A stretch of 64,000 bases of DNA from Macrostomum hystrix (lineage: Eukaryota; Animalia; Platyhelminthes): the NCBI GenBank assembly GCA_950097015.1, contig CATNEN010000039.1, positions 9,920,001 through 9,984,000 on the forward strand. The letters run 5' to 3'. Below are positions 27,003-40,000 of the stretch, in pieces. A program made the translations under genes and the position numbers. The notes beneath the pieces are model-generated. The model worked only from the letters and a program-made list of their open reading frames with translations, was not told where the DNA came from and ran no database searches. How positions within the stretch are numbered: the first letter of the stretch is position 1; the number at the start of each line of letters is the position of its first letter.

Positions 27003-27154
27003 TGAAAAAATCGGCAATATTATTTAACTTCCTTTTATAAAAAATATTCATCGCTTGGCGGATTAAGCATAAATGGAATTTCAAAATCACACGAATAAAA
27101 TACGAGGCCTGAGAGCTCAGAGAAACACACACACCATACTCAGAACTAACCCAA

Positions 27155-27467
27155 ATTAGTAATAGTAATAATTGCAATAGGGCTGAGGACAATCGCACAT
27201 TATTTATTGACACAAGTCACAAATTCGCTGACTCACAAGCTGACACATGCACACAGACACAGGTTTGTACATCTGCCTTGACTTTTTCATCGTCAGGTAA
27301 TGTACAGTCTCGGTGTGCCTTGGAGGTTGGGCCTCAATGCCACGACAAGCCCCCAAGCCTTCTATCCGCGGCTGCACCTTAAATAAATAAATGTGGCCTC
27401 GCCGTGGAATCGAACTCAGGGACCTTAGTGCGAGAGGCAAGCGCGTTAACCGCTCTGCCACTCACCC
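27155..27467 (-). mobile_element. SINE family A copy
   Basis: Reverse complement gives GGGTGAGTGGCAGAGCGGTTAACGCG..GAGTTCGATTCC, the family body, and a (TTA)n-like tail. Confidence 0.85.
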
Positions 27468-27603
27468 TAAATACGCTTAACCGAACCTTTCCAAACCCAC
27501 CAATTCCGCCGTTCTGGCCGTGGTCGCCGCGGGCAGCGTTCGGGGCGGCCTTCAGCGTCGTCTGCGTGGACTGCGCAGGCGGTGGCAGCAGCAGCAGCAG
27601 CAG

Positions 27604-30600
27604 GTGGATTTACCACCATCCCGGACTGCTCGCGGGGCCCGCTCGACATCGCAGCTTGTACGGTCCACCTGAAAGGTACTGGGAACACCACCCTGGTCAG
27701 CGTGTACGCCCCGCCCACCAGCAGTCAGAGGCCGGGCGAGCACTGGACCCCCGACTTCTCGGCCATTCCCACCACCGGCAACAGCTGCGTGGTCGGCGGC
27801 GATTTCAACGCGCACGGCAGCTGGGACACCAACTGCACCGAGGACGCTCGCGGCGTGGCCCTGGAGCTCTGGGCCGCCGACCGCCAGCTCCAGCTCTGCA
27901 ACCGCCCAGGAGTCAGCACTAGGATCAACCCGGCCACTGGCGGCAAGTCCGCGCCCGACTCAACCTGGGCTAGGGGGGCCCTTTGCCAGACCGTGTGCTA
28001 TTCCTGGAAGGTCGACTCCGACCTCGGCTCCGACCACCTGCCGATCCTTTTCGCTATTCAAGCCGAAAAACTTCGTCCAGGTCCGCGCCATACCCAATGG
28101 TCCTTCAAGAAGGCGGACTGGACCCGGTTTAAGGATAGCCTCAACGCAGCGAGAGGAACTACCGACGGCCGCGCCCGCCACTCGGAGAGCGCCTACAGGT
28201 CCCTCTGCAAGGACATCCTCAAGGCCGCCGCCGACTCCATTCCCAGAGGATCCCGCAAGGGCAAAGAGAAATCCTTCTGGAACGCAGCTTGTGACGCCGC
28301 TCTTAAATCCTGCCAAGAGGCCCGCCTCAGGACCGAGCTTGCTCCATCCGAGACCAACGTCGTGGATCTGAATCGAGCCCGAAGGGACTTCCGCTCCACT
28401 GTGGCCAACGCCAAACGCGACCACTGGAGCCATACCTGCGAGAGCCTTACCATCAACTCCGACCTTTTTAAACTTGCTCGGTCCCTGCGTGGCGATGCCC
28501 CAGCGGCCCGCTCCAGTGCCTGCATCAGTTTCACGACTGAGCGTGGACACCAGCACACGGCCGTGAGCGACCGCCAAAAGGCCGAGCTCTTCGCCGGCAT
28601 CTACGCCGCCGAGTCCCGCCTTGAAAAGGGCACAGACGACATTTCTACCCGCAGAGAAGCCAACGCGTACCTCCGCTCCTGCCGCAGGGCGGCCGGCCAC
28701 AATGACGCCGAGAGCGACTTCTCCATCGTCGAGCTCCGTGCCGCGATCAGGCGCCTCAAATCCGGAAAAAGCGCCGGGCCGGATGAGATCTGCAACGAGA
28801 TGCTCAAGCAGCTCCCCCCGGCGGCAGAACAGCGCCTCCTCGCGATCTTTAACGCTGTGTGGAACGGCGCCCCGATCCCGACCGGCTGGAAGCGCGCAAC
28901 CATCGTGCCCATCCCCAAGAAGGGCAAAGACCTCGCGTCGCCCACGTCGTACCGCCCCATCGCGTTGACCAGCTGCGTGGCCAAGACCGCCGAGCGGATG
29001 ATCCAACGGCGCCTCAGCTGCTGGCTTGAGCGCAACGGCATCCTCGCCCCGGAACAGGCGGGTTTCCGGATCGGGCGGAGCACCGAAGAAATCTTAGCTC
29101 ACGTCTGCCAATCCGTGTTCGACGGACTGGAGGCCAGCCCGGCGCTCCGTTCGGCCCTTGTCCTGCTCGACTTTCGCCGTGCTTACAACCGCGTATGGCT
29201 CCGTGCCCTCTGCATTAAACTCCGCAACGCCGGTGTGCCGCCGCGCTTCACGCTCTGGATCTACAGATTCCTCCGCGACCGCCGTGCCACTGTCCGCTGG
29301 GGCGCCAGTCGCAGCCGCGAGCGCTGCTTTGAGGAAGGCCTCCCACAAGGCAGCGTCATCGCCCCGCTGTTGTGGCTTATCTATATTAACGATCTCCCCA
29401 CTGCCGTCTCTCTGGCCAGCCCCAGCTGCAATATCAACCTGTACGCTGACGACAGTAGTCTCCTGGCTACCCAGCGCAAGCTTACCGACTGCAGCAACAT
29501 CCTCCAGCCAGCGATCGACGCAGTCGTCAGGTGGTGCAAAAGGTGGAAGGTCCTGCTCAGCCTCGAGAAGTGTGAATACTCCACCTTCACCCTCTGCCCT
29601 TCGGAGACCAACGGTAAAGTCCGCCTTCCGCTCACCATCGATGGCAACGACCTTGCTTTCAACCCGCACCCGCGCCTCCTGGGTGTGACCCTCGACGGCC
29701 AGTTGACCTTCAGCAAGCACGGCACAGAGATCCGGCAGCGAATGGCCCAGCGCCGCCGAGCACTAGCGGCCATCGCGCACCGCAGCAACGGGGCCGACGC
29801 CCGAACTCTGAGGACGATTTACACCGCCACCATCCGCGCCTGCGCTGACTATGGCAGCGCCATCTGGCTCACCGGCGCCTCTCCCAGCACACGGCAGAGC
29901 GTGGAGCGCCAGCAAAACATCTGCGCCCGCCTCATCACTGGCTGCTGCAGCACTACGCCTAACAGCTCGTCCCTGCGACTAGCCAACCTGCCACCGATCG
30001 GCACTGTGGCCATCGAGCGCGCCGCTAACCTCTTCGAGCGCATCGCGAGACTCCCTGCGAACTGCCCATCATTCCAAACGGCCCATCGCGAAACTCGTCC
30101 ACGCCTTAAGTGTCGCAGTTTCGAGGAGCCGCCCGAGGACCCCGTCGCTGACACCGAACCGGCCGCAGCCCGCCTCCTGGACCTCGATCGCACCCGCCGT
30201 TTCCGCGGCTGCTGGCGCCGTGCAGCCAGCGAATTGCCCATCTCCAGCACTATTCGCCAGCTCCCTCGGGAGATGCCCTCGTGGCCGCCCCCTTGGAACT
30301 TTAAACGCGAGGGCGACGTCAGCTTCGATTTCAGCGCCCGGACAGTCAGCCGCACTGCACCGGCGGAAGCCCGCGCTGAGGCGGCCGCCGCCAGCATCGC
30401 TAGAGCCAGGCAAGCGGAAGCCACGGCCTGGACGGACGGCTCCGCAAGTGGCGGGTGCCGAAACGGCGGAGGTGCCGCCGTCATTCATTTCAACAACTCC
30501 ATCACCTGCGTTCACAAACCGGCGGGGTCCATCTGCAGCAGCTTCCAGGCGGAGCTCGTTGCCATTCACGCCGCCCTGGCTTTCTGTCACAATGAAGCGG

Positions 30601-31232
30601 CCCCCGGGCCCAAAAGCATCGCCGTCCTGAGCGACAGCCTTAGCGCGCTGTCTGCCCTCGAACAAGGACCGCTCAGCCAGTCGACCACGGTGGGGGAAGC
30701 TTGCTGGAGCATCATCACCGCCAGCGAAGCTTCTTTCGCCTTCATCTGGGTCCCCGGCCACGCCGGCATCGACGGCAACGACGCTGCGGACGCGGCAGCC
30801 GCCGAAGCCGCAGCCCAGGACCAAGCCAACTCTGCAATCAGCCTGTCGGCAGCCCGTGCTGCTATTCGCCGCGGACGCCAGGAACTTGACTATCAGATCC
30901 TTGGGCCACCGCTCCGCCCCACTGACCCTGGTCGATCGAGACTCGAGTTCGTTACGATCAACCAACTCCGAGCCGGGGTCAGCACCATCTGTGGCGTAAC
31001 GCGACAACGACTTGGCCTGCAGGACGACGACATCTGCCGAGACTGCGGCGCCACAGACACCACGGACCACGTCCTGCATCACTGCCCTAGGGGCGACGCG
31101 GCCCGTCACCGCATCTTCGGCACTGACGACCCCCTGACCGGCCCCGCCGGGAAGATTATTGCCTACCTCCGCGACATGGGGCGTTGGCCCCCGCCAATAT
31201 TAGCGCCGATGCGCTACCGGCGAGCTGAGTAA
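27604..31232 (+). CDS. LINE ORF: C-terminal half of AP endonuclease, reverse transcriptase, RNase H, CCHC finger (no true start codon)
   Basis: VSVYAPP, GDFNAH, SDHLPI (APE); KSAGPDEI, SYRPIALTS, QAGFR, GLPQGSVIAP, YADD (29442), LLGVTLD (RT); WTDGSA, SFQAELVAI, SDSLSAL, WVPGHAGIDGNDAAD (RNase H); CRDCG..DHVLHHCP. Confidence 0.92.
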
Positions 31233-31249
31233 TCGAAGAAGAAGAAGAA
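27604..31249 (+). mobile_element. Non-LTR retrotransposon, I/Ingi-like (APE-RT-RNase H-CCHC), 5'-truncated
   Basis: Stop is followed by a (GAA)5 tail at 31235-31249. Flanked by GCAGCAGCAG at 27594-27603 and 31250-31259 (candidate TSD). GC-rich and uninterrupted. Confidence 0.92.
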
Positions 31250-31473
31250 GCAGCAGCAGCGCCGGTTCCAACGGGGATCGTGTGACTCCTTCCACCCGGG
31301 GCATGGTCCAATGTGTCCCGTCTGTGGCCGTGGTTGAAGAATCCGCGTCCTCTCCAGCACGCTGTCAGGAAGAACAGTTGGATCTACTATGAACAAATGC
31401 TTTCCTCTACATTACTCGCAGCTGGTTCATTGTTTGTCAATCTTGATGCACCCGCAGCACCCGACTAGAAGAA

Positions 31474-32013
31474 GGGGTCAGTTGCAAAGCGGTTAACGCG
31501 TTTGCCTCTCACACCAAGGTACCTGAGCTCGATTCCGCGGCTGGGCCACAGTCATTTGGGGCGCAGCCGCGGTGAGAAGGCTTGGGGGCTTGTCGTGCAA
31601 TTTACACCCTTGAGGGCCAACCTCCAAGGCACAGGGAGAGTGTACACTGCCTGACGATGAGAAAGTCAGGGCAGTTGTGTAAGTGTCATCCTGCGTACAG
31701 TATCTGTGTGCGTGTGTGCTCAGGAGTCAGCAAACCACAGTCATTTGGGGCGCAGCCGCGGTGAGAAGGCTTGGGGGCTTGTCGTGCAATTTACGCCCAT
31801 GAGGGCCAACCTCCAAGGCACAGGGAGAGTGTACACTGCCTGACGATGAGAAAGTCAGGGCAGTTGTGTAAGTGTCATCCTGCGTACAGTATCTGTGTGC
31901 GTGTGTGCTCAGGAGTCAGCGAAATGGGCAGAATTGCTTCCTCTCTGGCAGCGGGTCCAGTGTCACAAAATGATGTCCCATTGTCCGCAGCCCTGCTGCA
32001 ACTATTATTATTA
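31474..32013 (+). mobile_element. SINE family A copy with 189-bp internal tandem duplication
   Basis: tRNA-like head at 31474; body 31546-31734 repeated at 31735-31923; (TTA)n tail. Confidence 0.85.
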
Positions 32014-32384
32014 GTATCCTATGCACCGGGTTTGTACTCTTAGATACTGCATTGACCCTGGTCAAATATCAGGTTTCATCAACCACGACAAAGGAATCTT
32101 GCACAGCTATCTTCGCTGATCCGTGCTTACCAGTTGGGATAAATTTCCACTATTCGTTGTGATAGGATCAGATGTTTTGACTTAATTGGGAAATTTTGTC
32201 GCAGGAATTCAACTAGAATACGCTAAATTTAATGCGCTTATTACACAGCCATGCAGCTGCTTATCAATCGCTTGAAAATGTCTTCCGTTGCAATGAAATG
32301 AGTCTTGAAACCTACGGTAAGAGTGGGATCCTAATCTAATTTGTAGAGGGCGTCCCCTCACCTCTTGTCTCTTCATCACAAGTC

Positions 32385-33500
32385 CCTTCTCCACCTGTCC
32401 CTTCACCATCTGTCCCTTCACCACCTGTCCCTTCACCATCTGTCCCTTCACCATCTGTCCCTTCACCATCTGTCCCTTTACCACCTGTCCCTTCACCATC
32501 TGTCCCTTCACCACCTGTCCCTTTACCACCTGTCCCTTCACCATCTGTCCCTTCACCATCTGTCCCTTCACCATCTGTCCCTTCACCACCTGTCCCTTTA
32601 TCACCTGTCCCTTCACCATCTGTCCCTTCACCATCTGTCCCTTCACCACCTGTCCCTTTACCACCTGTCCCTTTACCACCTGTCCCTTCACCATCTGTCC
32701 CTTCACCACCTGTCCCTTTACCACCTGTCCCTTCACCATCTGTCCCTTCACCATCTGTCCCTTCACCACCTGTCCCTTTACCACCTGTCCCTTTACCACC
32801 TGTCCCTTCACCATCTGTCCCTTCACCATCTGTCCCTTCACCACCTGTCCCTTCACCATCTGTCCCTTCACCATCTGTCCCTTCACCACCTGTCCCTTTA
32901 CCACCTGTCCCTTTACCACCTGTCCCTTCACCATCTGTCCCTTCACCATCTGTCCCTTCACCACCTGTCCCTTTACCACCTGTCCCTTCACCATCTGTCC
33001 CTTCACCACCTGTCCCTTCACCACCTGTCCCTTCACCACCTGTCCCTTCACCATCTGTCCCTTCACTATCTGTCCCTTCTCCGTCTCTTCATCCACTACC
33101 TGTCTCTTCCCCGCCTCTTCATTCCCTACCTGTCTCTTCCCCGCCTCTTCATTCACTACCTGTCTCTTCCCCGCCTCTTCATTCCCTACCTGTCTCTTCC
33201 CCGCCTCTTCATTCACTACCTGTCTCTTCCCCGCCTCTTCATTCACTACCTGTCTCTTCCCCGCCTCTTCATTCACTACCTGTCTCTTCCCCGCCTCTTC
33301 ATTCCCTACCTGTCTCTTCCCCGCCTCTTCATTCACTACCTGTCTCTTCCCCGCCTCTTCATTCCCTACCTGTCTCTTCCCCGCCTCTTCATTCCCTACC
33401 TGTCTCTTCCCCGCCTCTTCATTCACTACCTGTCTCTTCCCCGCCTCTTCATTCCCTACCTGTCCTTTCCCTGCCTGTCCATTCACGACCTGTCCCTTCG
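32385..33500. repeat. Compound minisatellite: 15-bp (CCTGTCCCTTCACCA) then 30-bp (CCTGTCTCTTCCCCGCCTCTTCATTCACTA)
   Basis: Direct reading; switch at ~33070. Confidence 0.95.
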
Positions 33501-34022
33501 AAATACGATAATTTACTTTATTAATTTGCTACACTTTAATTACAAACATTAGGTTAAAAACAAAGAACAATTTTGGTGTTGAGAAATGCTTGTCTTTCAG
33601 CATTGCCAGCCGTTGTCAAAGCAAATAGGCTAATAATCGTATGTACTCAAATGTGCTCAAATGTACTCAAGTTTGCGCTCACATTCACTAGAGCAGATTT
33701 TGAACCAGCTCTACAACGTCATTGTCGCCTAGCCTGATAGAGGAGTAGAGAAGTGAAAAAGAAAAAACACTTTCTGTGCTCGCGAATTTTGAGACTGTGG
33801 ATACTATGGACAGAAATGTACGCGCCGAAGAGAACAGTGTGTGCTCAATGCACAATTGGCATCACCCCACTGTGTTGTTGGCAACTCAGTTGAGCATCTT
33901 ACAGGCCGAATGGCTTCCACTGGCTTCTGACAAAACTAGATTCAAAGAAAACACTTCTTCTGCTTCTGCTTTTAGCTGTCAAAGAGTAGACGTAACCATC
34001 TGCTTGAGAACTTTTGTGACGC

Positions 34023-37000
34023 ATGGCTACAGTCAGATTTCAGGATCAGGACTACAGGGTGAGTGACAGCGATTGGAAGTACGCGCTAAAATCAAAGAAA
34101 TCTGCTCTGGATTTTCAAAACTCCTCAAAGGCAAAATTTGGGATTGGGATTGGGATCTGGAAGCTATTGGGATCTGGAAGCTATTGGGATCTGGAAGCTA
34201 TTGGGATCTGGAAGCTATTGGGATCTGGAAGCTATTGGGATCTGGAAGCTATTGGGATCTGGAAGCTATTGGGATCTGGAAGCTATTGGGATCTGGAAGC
34301 TATTGGGATCTGGAAGCTATTGGGATCTGGAAGCTATTGGGATCTGGAAGCTATTGGGATCTGGAAGCTATTGGGATCTGGAAGCTATTGGGATCTGGAA
34401 GCTATTGGGATCTGGAAGCTATTGGGATCTGGAAGCTATTGGGATCTGGAAGCTATTGGGATCTGGAAGCTATTGGGATCTGGAAGCTATTGGGATCTGG
34501 AAGCTATTGGGATCTGGAAGCTACTGGGATATGGAAGTTACGAGTATTGGGATCTTGGAGCGCTGGGGTTTGATAAAGAAAATTAGATACTGTGACTCCT
34601 CGACACCCCCAGCAACTGTACCGGGAGCTGCTGCGCGATCAGCGGAAATTCGTTGACCCAGTTTTTCCGCCAGCGGCCTCCAGCATCGACGCCGCAGTCA
34701 GCCGCGGCAGTGACATCGAGTGGCGTCGGCCAACCGACCTGGTCAGCGACCCGCACCTCGTTGTCAACGGCGTTCGAGGCTCCGACGTCATGCAGGGCGA
34801 GCGCGGCAACGCCTGGTTCGTGACGGCCTCGGCGGCGCTGACCTCGCGGCCCGGACAGCTTGGCTGCGTCCTGCCCGCCTGGACTGAGCAGGACTACACC
34901 GGCGACTTCCATCCCGGCATCTTCCGGTTCAACTTCAACTGGCACGGTGCCCTGTACGAGGTGGTGATCGACGACCTGCTGCCAACCAGGAAGGGACGAC
35001 TGGTCTATGCTCAGTCTTGCGAGGCCAACGAGTTTTGGAGCGCCTTGCTGGAGAAGGCCTACGCCAAGTTAGGCCACTGGAGTTCTGTTCTCCTGAATTC
35101 TCCGATAATCCTCAATTTACTAATCCTCCCAAATTTGCTCACCAACTCCAACTCAACTTACTAATCTCACAACTCAAACGAAAATCACGAATTACCTAAT
35201 TCACTAATCCCACAACACCCAAATCCCAAAACTCGCTAATCCCCTAACTCGATAATCCCCAACTCACCAGTTCCCCAACTCACTAATCCCCTAACTTGAT
35301 AATCCCCTACTGGCTAATACCCTAAAATCCATCACTTATCGCCCAGCTCACTAATCCCCTCGATAATTCCAACTCGCTATTCCCTAAACCCACTAATCTT
35401 AAAACCAATAACCCCCCCAGCTCACTTATTCTCGAACTCACTAATCCCCTTAATTCACTTATACTCTACTCGCTAATCCCCCCAAATCGCTAATCCCCAA
35501 GTCGAACTCAACTCACTAATATCCTAACTAAAAAAATAACTCAATCATTGTTAGACTCACTAATCCCTTTGACTATAGCTTATCTCTTCAACTTGCTAAT
35601 CCGTCAACTCACTAAACTCCAAGCTCACTAATCCCCAACAACTCGTAATACAACCCGCCAGGCTCCATGGTGACTACGCCAGCTTGAGCCGCGGTCGGGT
35701 TGTGGACGCTCTGGCCAGTTTCGTTCGCGGCATCCCTGAGCACTGGGACCTGCGCCGGATGCGTCAACCGGACTCCGAGAACTCGATCAACCCTGACAGT
35801 GCGAATGATCAGGCGCAGCTGGCTAAGCAGTTTCAGACTCACCTGAGTCGGCATTCGCTTCTGCTATTCAGCCTGCAGGTATGACCACGCTATTTCCCCT
35901 CTGGGTGTTTTCACATCCCCACTGCCTAATTCCCAATTTTCGTGAAATTCAACATCTCGTACATATCAACATATCCGCTTTTTACGATCAACTGACTTTC
36001 AAAACCGTCCGACGTCAGCATCGTCGAGATATTCAGCGATTCTTGTCAAAGACACTGGTGACAATCGGTTGCCAATCGCACCAAGGTCCCTGAGTTCGAT
36101 TCCGTGGCGAGGCCACATTTATTTTCGACCTTTAGCCACGGAGAGAAGGCTTGGGGGCTTGTCGTGCTATTTACGCCCTTGAGGGCCAACCTCCAAGGCA
36201 CAGTGAGAGTGTACACTGTGTACAGTGTGCAGTGTACACTGTACAGATGTACACACCTGTGTGAGCGTGTGCCTGCGTACAGTATCTGTGTGCGTGTGTG
36301 CTCAGGAGTCAGCAAAATGGGCCTCATCGCTTGCTGCGAGTTTAGTGTCACCTAATGATGTGCCATTGCCCGCAGCCCTGCTGCAATTATCATTGTTTTA
36401 TTTTTTTTTTTATTACTATTATGATTAAGATAGACAAACTACTGACAGTAGAGTACGGCTCGTACTTGGGACGCTGAGTCCGAATTTTATTTTGCATTGA
36501 CAGCCGGACAATCAGGCCACAAAAATGGGCGACTGGACCAACGAGAGCCTTGTCTATGGCCGAGGCTACGTCCTTGTAGACATTCAGCAGACTCGCCTGA
36601 AGGACGGCCGCAGTCAGGTGACGCTGCTGAAGTTTCAGAATGCTTGGTTCGACATGGAGTGGAGCGGACCGTGGAGTGACAGGTGGGGACTGCGGGTTTT
36701 CACACTTCACTGGCTGAAAAAAATCTCAGCTATAGGACAAACACTGCTCAAACCCAGCTCTCCCCAATGCATCATTCCATCCAGATCGGCAGAGTGGAAC
36801 TCGGTACCGCTGGAGTTCAAGGACAGAATCCGATTGGTTGACAAGAAGGACGGTATTTTCTGGTGAGCTCAACTGATTAACGCCCCGCTGAAGACATCAA
36901 TCAAGCTGGATGAGAATGATGAATGCCATGGGAATGATGAACACCGCTTGCATAGAGTTTCCGCTCGTGACCCAGTCAAAAAATACTTTTCATTTACCTA

Positions 37001-40000
37001 GCAATTCTGGCTAATATATTCCTGAGTATAAAAAAATAGATTGAGGCAAAAATTTTCTGTTGAAATTTATACATGAATCAACTACATTTCCGACTATTCT
37101 GCATTTGTCAAACAGCCAACCCATCCTCCAACTCACCTGCAGCCACCCCATCATCCTCCAACTCACCTCCAGCCACCCCATTATCCTCCAACTCACCTGC
37201 AGCCACCCCATTATCCTCCAACTCACCTGCAGCCACCCCATCATCCTCCAACTCACCTGCAGCCACCCCATTATCCTCCAACTCACCTCCAGCCACCCCA
37301 TCATCCTCCAACTCACCTGCAGCCACCCCATCATCCTCCAACTCACCTCCAGCCACCCCATCATCCTCCAACTCACCTGCAGCCACCCCATCATCCTCCA
37401 ACTCACCTGCAGCCACCCCATTATCCTCCAACTCACCTGCAGCCACCCCATTGTCTAACTCACTTGCAGCAACCTCATTGTCTAACTCACCTGCAGCCAC
37501 CCCATCATCCTCCAACTCACCTGCAGCCACCCCATCATCCTCCAACTCACCTGCAGCCACCCCATCATCCTCCAACTCACCTGCAGCCACCCCATTATCC
37601 TCCAACTCACCTGCAGCCACCCCATCATCCTCCAACTCACCTGCAGCCACCCCATTGTCTAACTCACTTGCAGCCACCTCATCCTCCAACTCACCTATAC
37701 CTTCAATTCCCCAGGATGAGCATCCGAGACGCCCTGACGCAGTTCACGGACATTGACATCTGCGTGGTGACCACCGTCGGCAGCATCCGGCCTTGGCTAA
37801 TTTACACCTTTCAAGACGAATGGAGCCTGGAGCAGGGAACTGACAGCTCAAAACGAGGCGCAGAGTTCAGAGCAGGCGGCAGCTACCAGTACAAGGACAC
37901 CTACGTCAGCAACCCGCAATACCTGCTCACAATACCTGGCGACAGCTCGCTCAGCGTGTCCTTCTGCTTGGAGCAGGGCGATCGTTCCGCGGCCTGCTAC
38001 ACCGCCGATCAACTCGAGGTCGGCATTGACGTCTTCTCGGTTGAACGAAATCGTCGCTGCCGGGCCAAGCAGGCGCCGATTGAAGACTGGCTGGCGGCGC
38101 GATCCAAGCCGGACCGGCAGCCGAGCGTGCTGCTCAGAGCCAACCTGGCCCCTGGCAACTACCTGGTGCTGCCGTGCACCAGACAGCCCGGACAGCAGCA
38201 GAGCTACACGCTGAGAGCGTTTAGCCAGGGAGACTACAGCATGAAGTGAGCCTTGAAAGCGGGGATAATATGCCCAGCAGACACCAGTGTACTCGTAGAA
38301 TGGGGATAAAATACCCCGCAGACACCCCTGTAAAATGGGGATAAAATACCCCGCAGACACCCCTGTAAAATGGGGATAAAATACCCCGCAGACACCCGCC
38401 CTGTAGAATCGGGATAAAATACTTCGCCGACACCCGCCCTGTAGAATGGGGATAAAATACTTCGCGGACACCCGCCCTGTAGAATGGGGATCAAATTCCA
38501 CGCAGACAAACACCCTGTAGAATGGGGATAAAGTACCCCTCAGACACCACTGCAGAAGTGGGATAAAATACCCCCAGACACCACTGCAGAAATGGGATAA
38601 AATACCCCCAGACACCACTGCAGAAATGGGATAAAATACCCCCCAGACACCACTGCAGAAATGGGATAAAATACCCCCAGACACCACTGCAGAAATGGGA
38701 TAAAATACCCCCAGACACCACTGCAGAAATGGGATAAAATACCCCCAGACACCACTGCAGAAAGGGGATAAAATGTGACGCAGGCACCCCCTTTAGAATG
38801 GGGATAAAATTCCCCACAGACACCCACCTAGTAGAATGGGGCATAAAAAACCACACAGGCACCCCTGAGAAATGGGATTAAATTCCACGCAGACACCTCA
38901 GAAAAATTGGGACCGAAGATCTCAAAGACACCTATGCAGGAGTGGTATAGAAAACGACGCAGACACCCCTGCTGAATGGGAATCGAAGGCCACACGGACT
39001 CCACCGAAGACCACAGCACTGAATCCCTTCCATTGTTTCGCAGGCTGCTCCTAGAGTCGGTGCCCCGACCCACCGGGTTCTGCGCCAGCTGCCAGTGGAA
39101 GCTTCATGGCGTCACCCGATTAATTGTTGCCAAGGTGACGGGTGTCAATGCCTACTTGAAAACTAAAGGTAACAATCATGAAATTTAGAACTGTGAGCAA
39201 TGTACTACAGAACCGGTCGTGCCGTGATGATATTAAAAGTACAAGTAAGCTAAATATATCTGGGATTCTATCCCATCAACTGTGAATTGGAATTCCAGAC
39301 ATGCTGGTTAGCGTTCGGGTCGACTGCGAGGCCTCGGACGTGATCAACGTGCAGAGCGGCTATGTTCACGAGAACAACATAGCGAAGGATGAGTTCGATG
39401 TGCAACTCAAAGTGCTGTTCTACAGGCATCAGACACTGGACCCGTTGGATATTGAGGCATGCTTTGGTGTGGGGTGTGTTAGACACACATTCTGGGTGTG
39501 TTAGACACACATTCTGGGTGTGTTAGACACACATTCTGGGTGTGTTAGACACACATTCTGGGTGTGTTAGACACACATTCTGGGTGTGTTAGACACACAT
39601 TCTGGGTGTGTTAGACACACATTCTGGGTGTGTTAGACACACATTCTGGGTGTGTTAGACACACATTCTGGGTGTGTTAGACAAACATTCTGGGAGTGTT
39701 AGACACACATTCTGGGAGTGTTAGACACACATTCTTGGAGTGTTAGACACACATTCTGGGAGTGTTAGACACACATTCTGGGAGTGTTAGACACACATTC
39801 TGGGTGTGTTAGACTGGCATTCTAGGTTTAGAAGCAAAGTTTATTTTGAAAAAATCCAATTCTGAATCTTCAAATCCTTATAGGTTTTCTGCCAATCCGA
39901 GATTTCCTTCACCAAGAAGTTCGTTGGTGCGGCCTCCATAATTGACAAAGACTGCACCGAGGCAACAGACAAGATTGTGCCAGTGTTTCGCAACGGCAAG

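Noticed and set aside
27960-31109. Long antisense ORFs over the LINE
   Set aside because: Shadow ORFs of a GC-rich coding strand with no recognisable motifs.
32232-32316. Possible upstream coding exon of the calpain (ATG..TACG|GTAAG)
   Set aside because: An in-frame stop lies just upstream of the 34023 ATG and no homology is evident; at most a 5' UTR exon.
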